From Nevskia sp. (lineage in GTDB: Bacteria > Pseudomonadota > Gammaproteobacteria > Nevskiales > Nevskiaceae): 64,000 nt of DNA. The stretch spans positions 13,659-77,658 of the forward strand of contig JALNYU010000017.1 in assembly GCA_023229645.1 (NCBI GenBank), in the 5' to 3' direction. Below, piece after piece: positions 59,498-64,000 of this stretch. The notes under the pieces are model-generated. The model ran no database searches and had not been told where the DNA came from. It saw only the letters and a program-made list of their open reading frames with translations. Made by a program: the position numbers and the translations under genes. The first letter of the stretch is position 1, and every line of letters starts with the position of its first letter.

Positions 59498-60244
59498 ATG
59501 CGGATCTTATTGTCGAACGACGACGGTTACACAGCCCCCGGGCTGCTGTGCCTTGCAGAATATTTACGCCGAGAGCACCAGGTTGATGTGGTGGCGCCGG
59601 ATCGCAACCGTAGCGGCGCCAGCAACTCGCTGACGATCGTCAACCCGCTGCGTTTGCAACGGCAGCCGGACGGCACAATCTGTGTTGACGGCACGCCCAC
59701 CGACTGCGTCCATTTGGCGCTAACCGGTCTGATCAAAGAAACGCCGAATATGGTTGTTTCCGGCATCAATAACGGCCCGAATTTGGGCGATGACACGCTC
59801 TATTCCGGCACGGTTGCCGCGGCGATGGAAGGCCGCCATCTTGGCTTTCCGGCGATCGCCGTATCGTGCAATTCGCACGACCCGAAGCACTATGAAACCG
59901 CCGCGCAAGTGACATTGCGGTTGGTCGAGCGGCTGCGCCAAGAGCCGCTACCGGGCGATACGATTTTGAACGTCAACGTGCCGGACGTGCCGTTCGAGGC
60001 CTTGAAAGGCTACGAAGTAACGCGGCTTGGCAATCGCCACCGCTCCGAACCCGTTGCTGAAGCGCTAGACCCGCGCGGCCGGCCGATTTACTGGATCGGT
60101 GTTGCCGGTGCCGAGTCTGACTTCGGGCCGGGCACGGACTTCCATGCGGTTGCCAACCAGCGCGTGTCGATCACGCCGCTGCTGGTCGATCTCACACGTC
60201 ACAGCCTGCTCGACCGGCTCGGTGCCTGGGCTAAGGCACTGTGA
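59498..60244 (+). CDS. surE: 5'/3'-nucleotidase SurE
   Basis: LSNDDG, GTPTDCV, SGINNGPNLG, YSGTV. Confidence 0.96.
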   Translation: MRILLSNDDGYTAPGLLCLAEYLRREHQVDVVAPDRNRSGASNSLTIVNPLRLQRQPDGTICVDGTPTDCVHLALTGLIKETPNMVVSGINNGPNLGDDTLYSGTVAAAMEGRHLGFPAIAVSCNSHDPKHYETAAQVTLRLVERLRQEPLPGDTILNVNVPDVPFEALKGYEVTRLGNRHRSEPVAEALDPRGRPIYWIGVAGAESDFGPGTDFHAVANQRVSITPLLVDLTRHSLLDRLGAWAKAL

Positions 60245-60924
60245 CGGCAGGCGTGCATCCGCACAGCCGCGGTCTCGGTTTAACCTCCCCGGTGAGCCGG
60301 GCGCGGATGATCGACGAACTGCGGCAGCAGGGCGTTTCCGATGAGCGCGTACTGGCGGCGATGCTGAAAATCCCGCGCCACGAGTTCGTTGAAGAAGCCT
60401 GGCGCGGCGAAGCCTACCGCAGCAAATCGCTGCCGATTGGCTTGGCCCAAACGCTATCGCAACCGTATGTCGTCGGCTTGATGACGCAGCTGCTGCTGGA
60501 ACCCTCGGCGGAATGCGCGGCGCGCAAGAACGTGCTCGAAGTTGGTACCGGCAGCGGTTATCAGACGGCGGTGTTGGCGGAAGTGGTGGAGCGGGTATAT
60601 TCGGTCGAGCGTTTGAAGGCTTTGTCCGAAATCGCGCGAAACCGCCTGCAGGGGTTGCGTTACCGCAACGTGCATTTCGGTTACGCCGACGGTACCGCCG
60701 GCTGGGCGGCGCACGCCCCGTACGATGCGATCATCGTCACCGCTGCTGCCAGCGAAGTGCCCAAGGCGCTGCAGGAGCAGTTGGCGCGCGGTGGGCGGTT
60801 GGTGATCCCCGTCGGGCCGCCGAATCAGCAGGTGTTACGGGTAGTGGACCGCGTTGGCGCGCGCTTTCAAAGTCGCGATGTCGCCGCCGTTAGCTTCGTG
60901 CCGCTGCTCGAAGGCAAGGCCTGA
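60241..60924 (+). CDS. pcm: Protein-L-isoaspartate O-methyltransferase
   Basis: QTLSQPY, LEVGTGSGYQ, PYDAIIVTAA. Confidence 0.95.
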   Translation: MTAGVHPHSRGLGLTSPVSRARMIDELRQQGVSDERVLAAMLKIPRHEFVEEAWRGEAYRSKSLPIGLAQTLSQPYVVGLMTQLLLEPSAECAARKNVLEVGTGSGYQTAVLAEVVERVYSVERLKALSEIARNRLQGLRYRNVHFGYADGTAGWAAHAPYDAIIVTAAASEVPKALQEQLARGGRLVIPVGPPNQQVLRVVDRVGARFQSRDVAAVSFVPLLEGKA

Positions 60925-60935
60925 GCGCACAGCCC

Positions 60936-61526
60936 ATGCAGGTTTTTCAAGATTGGCTGGCGTTGTGGCTTGCGCAAATTGGCTACCTCGAAATTTTTCT
61001 GTTGATGGCCTTGGAGTCCAGCCTGTTTCCGGTGCCTTCGGAGCTGGTGATGATTCCCGCTGGCTATCTCGCAAAAACCGGCAAACTCGATCCGGCGCTG
61101 GCAATCGCGGCAGGTGGCGCTGGCTCCTTACTCGGCGCCAGCTGCAATTACCTGCTCGGTCGCTATGTTGGTCGCGCGTTTCTGCTCCGTTACGGCAAGT
61201 ATCTGCTGATTAATGCAGACAAATACCACGAGGCCGAGGCGCTCTTTCTGCGCAATGCCTATGTGGCTACATTCGTCGGCCGGCTATTGCCGGTGGTGCG
61301 CCATCTGATCTCCATTCCCGCCGGCGTGTTCGGCATGCAGCCGTTATCGTTCGCCGCGATCACGCTAGCCGGTGCCACGCTGTGGTCGGCAATACTGGTT
61401 GCTGCCGGTTATTATTTCGGCGAAGCCGCAGTCCAGGTATTCAGCCGCTATACCCATGAGTTGACACTCGCGGTAGTCGCCGCAATCGTCGCTTTTGGAA
61501 TCTGGTTTCTATTCCGAAAACGCTGA
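60936..61526 (+). CDS. DedA family membrane protein
   Basis: ESSLFPVPSE, GRLLPVVRHLISIPAG. Confidence 0.9.
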   Translation: MQVFQDWLALWLAQIGYLEIFLLMALESSLFPVPSELVMIPAGYLAKTGKLDPALAIAAGGAGSLLGASCNYLLGRYVGRAFLLRYGKYLLINADKYHEAEALFLRNAYVATFVGRLLPVVRHLISIPAGVFGMQPLSFAAITLAGATLWSAILVAAGYYFGEAAVQVFSRYTHELTLAVVAAIVAFGIWFLFRKR

Positions 61527-62356
61527 TGTATAGATCTGCAAGGATGCTATATACAAGGCGTCGAACAGGTGGCTTAGCGCTCGCGTGTGTGACTGCCTTG
61601 GTGCTGGCTGCGTGCAGCACCCCTGGGCCAGAACCGGCTACCGGCAAACATTCTGCAGTCGTAAGCCGGCAACCCACGCCGAGCAAGCCGACCTACGGCG
61701 AAACCTATGTTGTTTCCCGTGGCGATACGCTCTATTCAATCGCGTTCCGAAATCAACTCGACTACCACGACCTCGCCGATTGGAACGGCATCGGCCGCGA
61801 TTATCTAATCGTGCCTGGGCAAGTGCTGCGACTCTCGCCACCGGGGCGCTCGCCGTTGCCAGGCTCCGTTCCAGCGCCGACTAGCGCCAGCACCTCACCG
61901 CAGATTCGTAAAGTTTCGCCGCCCCCAGCGGCCGTAGCGTCGGCCCCCGCCGCGAAGGCGGCCACCAACGAAGCGATCAGCACGGCGTCCGGCGAATGGG
62001 AATGGCCAACACGCGGTGAGAATCTACTGCGGAAATTCGATGCCGACGGCAACAAAGGCCTCGATATCGGCGGCGAACTGGGGCAGATCGTCATCGCCAG
62101 CCGCAGCGGCAAAGTGGTGTACAGCGGCAGTGCATTAAAAGGCTACGGCGAGCTGATCATCATCAAACACGATGAAGACTATCTCACCGCCTACGGCTAC
62201 AGCCGGCGCCGCCTTGTTATGGAAGGCGACACCGTAGCCGCCGGCCAACCCATCGCCGAACTCGGCCTCGGCCCCGAACAAAGGCCGCTGCTACATTTTG
62301 AAATCCGCAATAAAGGCCGGCCGGTTGATCCGTTGGCGTTGCTGCCAAAGCGCTAA
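61526..62356 (+). CDS. nlpD: LysM/M23 lipoprotein NlpD
   Basis: Lipobox LAAC, LysM (GDTLYSIAF), M23 (NKGLDI, LHFEIR). Confidence 0.9.
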   Translation: MYRSARMLYTRRRTGGLALACVTALVLAACSTPGPEPATGKHSAVVSRQPTPSKPTYGETYVVSRGDTLYSIAFRNQLDYHDLADWNGIGRDYLIVPGQVLRLSPPGRSPLPGSVPAPTSASTSPQIRKVSPPPAAVASAPAAKAATNEAISTASGEWEWPTRGENLLRKFDADGNKGLDIGGELGQIVIASRSGKVVYSGSALKGYGELIIIKHDEDYLTAYGYSRRRLVMEGDTVAAGQPIAELGLGPEQRPLLHFEIRNKGRPVDPLALLPKR

Positions 62357-62427
62357 CAATTTGGATGAGGGTGGGGCGGTGCTATGAGAATGGCTTTTCC
62401 CTAAAATTTGGACTAACAAGAACACCG

Positions 62428-62814
62428 ATGAAGACCCGGATTTTATTTCTACTGGCCGCAATCGCACTACATGGCTGTGCTGCCCATCCAGTTGCCAATC
62501 CTCCAGCACGTAAAACAGTCGGATACTATGATCAGCTAACGCATATCATCGCAGCTGGCGTCCGCTACCCAAGCAGGGCTCTGTTGGCAAATGAGCAGGG
62601 GACTTGCATTGTAAAAGTTGCCCTGCGTCGAGACGGGACGCTGATCAGTGCTGAAATTACGCAGTCCGCTGGATATGCGGATTTAGATCGGGAATGTCTG
62701 GCGGCGTCGCGCCGTGTTGACAAGTTCCCCGCTTTTCCAGAAAGCGTCTCGACTGAAATCGAAGAATTTATATTCGAGATGCCAATGAAATTTTCATTGC
62801 CTTCCGCCAAGTAA
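62428..62814 (+). CDS. Lipoprotein with a stand-alone TonB C-terminal domain
   Basis: LHGC lipobox; YPSRAL..EQG..V....DG......SAGY..LD..L. Confidence 0.75.
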   Translation: MKTRILFLLAAIALHGCAAHPVANPPARKTVGYYDQLTHIIAAGVRYPSRALLANEQGTCIVKVALRRDGTLISAEITQSAGYADLDRECLAASRRVDKFPAFPESVSTEIEEFIFEMPMKFSLPSAK

Positions 62815-62835
62815 TAATCAAGCGATTTGTATCGA

Positions 62836-63064
62836 GGCTTGATCCGCCTAACTTGACCTCAAGTTTATTAGCAAATGCCTTGGGCGCTCCCAGGTGCCCG
62901 CTGTCGAGCTGACTCAAATGCGGTAATTCATCGGCTACGATGTGTAACGCTACTCGGATCTAAGCGGCTGTAGCATTTCACCGGCTTTTGCCTTTCGGCT
63001 TGATCACACTGATTGTTTTACGCTGAATACAAAACACTCTGCGACCCAGTGAAGGCCGTTAGAT
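62836..63064. other. Unassigned highly structured non-coding element
   Basis: At least six short hairpins, a 9-bp direct repeat, attC-like core ends; no ORF in the track. Confidence 0.45.
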
Positions 63065-63084
63065 AGCAAGATAGTGCAGCGGGT

Positions 63085-63441
63085 TTATTTTAGCGCTTCA
63101 AATAACGTAAGTTTAATCGCGCGCTGTCCGATGGAATTATCGACAGACTTGCGATAGAAAACGCATAGGGCAAGATTCTGAGTATTGGCCGCGACGTTTA
63201 AATCAGTAGCCAGATGCGACAAGAACGCCTCAACCGCAGGCGCCCCCAACGTTCGGGGATGCTGTTTTCCATGAAAGAGAATAAAACGCCGAATCCAGTG
63301 CAGGTAGGAATCTTCCGTACGCAGGCTGTAATGCAACGCCCGAATGAGTGCCCGGACCTGCTCCAGCAACCGGGGCGATTGCGCTGCTGATACGTCAGCT
63401 GACGTATAATCCTGGAATTTTGACGCGTTTTCTGGAATCAT
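63085..63441 (-). pseudogene. intI: Truncated integron integrase (N-terminal domain only)
   Basis: PRLLEQVR..HYSLRTEDSYLHWIRRFILFHGKQHP..VEAFLSHLA..NVAANTQNLAL; homology ends near YRK and the catalytic RHRY domain is absent. Confidence 0.9.
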
Positions 63442-63520
63442 AAGCTTGTTTCCAAAAGACTTTTATGTGAAGGCCAACGGATTATACGTCGAGTTTTATG
63501 TCAGAGTTATATTTCAAAGT

Positions 63521-63541
63521 GATATCTAATTGGCGTTAGCC
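63521..63541 (+). other. attI site (core GTTAGCC at 63535-63541)
   Basis: ATCTAATTGGC-GTTAGCC upstream of divergent intI; core complementary to the cassette R'' GGCTAAC. Confidence 0.75.
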
Positions 63542-63544
63542 ATT

Positions 63545-63892
63545 ATGAATGATCGGCCACCCCTTAATGGGGCTGAAGCTGAGGCAAGAAAATCACTTGT
63601 CGCCACCGTCCGCGCAATGCTTTCTGGAGAGCTTCCGTATGTTGAGGGCGCAGTTCAGGTGCTTCGCCTTAAAGCTCAAGTCGGCGGCGTCGGGGATCAC
63701 GATAAGGACTTCAACGCCTTTGTTGCTATCGCGTCAGAGACTGATCACCTACCTTTGGAAGCTCAGCGTCATTTGTGGGCACCCGAAGCGCTAGCGCGTT
63801 TGGAGCCGGAACTTGAAAAAACACAGAAGTGGGCAGCGTCCTTTGCCCCTGCAGCATGCGCAAAACTTGCTGCTCGGTTCAGCCATGGCTAA
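63545..63892 (+). CDS. Integron cassette ORF, DUF2489-like
   Basis: RAMLSGEL..VEGA..V....F..IASETDHLP...R..W; stop lies inside attC R''. Confidence 0.65.
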   Translation: MNDRPPLNGAEAEARKSLVATVRAMLSGELPYVEGAVQVLRLKAQVGGVGDHDKDFNAFVAIASETDHLPLEAQRHLWAPEALARLEPELEKTQKWAASFAPAACAKLAARFSHG

Positions 63893-63973
63893 CCCGGCGC
63901 TCAACCCCGCTCCTTTCAGTCGCTGGACGCTGCGCGATAAAGCCGCGCATCGCCGGTTAGCTCTACGTTGGGC
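63887..63973 (+). repeat. attC site (87 bp); the second cassette begins at 63968
   Basis: R'' GGCTAAC, L'' GCTCAACC, L' GGTTAGC, R' GTTGGGC. Confidence 0.93.
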
Positions 63974-64000
63974 ATCCAAAGCAGCGAGTTCCGGAGTTCA

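Noticed and set aside
62985-63010. GCCTTTCGGCTTGATCA looks like the U2 snRNA 5' end, or a twister ribozyme core on the other strand
   Set aside because: The match is short, with no branch-point recognition sequence or full twister consensus
63380-63400. CTG...CAG near intI as an SOS box
   Set aside because: Spacing is 9 rather than 10 and it lacks CTGT/ACAG

Overview
GC-rich gammaproteobacterial chromosome. The gene order pcnB-folK-panBCD-pgi and hflKC-yjeT-hisZ-purA, with no rpoS after nlpD, is Xanthomonadales/Nevskiales-like; this placement is inference. There are two accessory zones. (1) 1-12356 is a tandem-accretion island at the 3' end of tRNA-Thr(CGT). It holds a type I R-M HsdM (runs off the left edge), a DUF2335 module split by three long inverted-repeat hairpins, and decayed prophage ends (hicBA, a spanin pair, an endolysin fragment joined back-to-back with a Dam-type methylase fragment). 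It also holds an apparently complete ~6.15 kb minimal phage satellite (P4-like int, unknown, alpA, primase-helicase, terS-like, AT-rich cargo, XRE) bounded by tRNA-end att repeats. (2) 62400-64000 is an integron with a truncated intI, attI, one DUF2489-like cassette, a canonical attC and the start of a second cassette. A TonB-C lipoprotein and an unexplained, highly structured ~220 bp non-coding element lie before it. The middle is housekeeping (glpQ, acnA, tRNA-Glu, pan genes, queG-nnr-tsaE-ami-mutL-miaA-hfq-hflXKC-hisZ-purA, tRNA-Leu, rnr, rlmB, rpsF-rpsR-rplI, dnaB, alr, surE-pcm-nlpD). It also contains an orphan soxC/cytochrome c pair and a standout SLOG-TPR-S-class III cyclase protein with non-canonical specificity residues. 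No CRISPR array was seen. All family assignments are by motif recognition, not database search.
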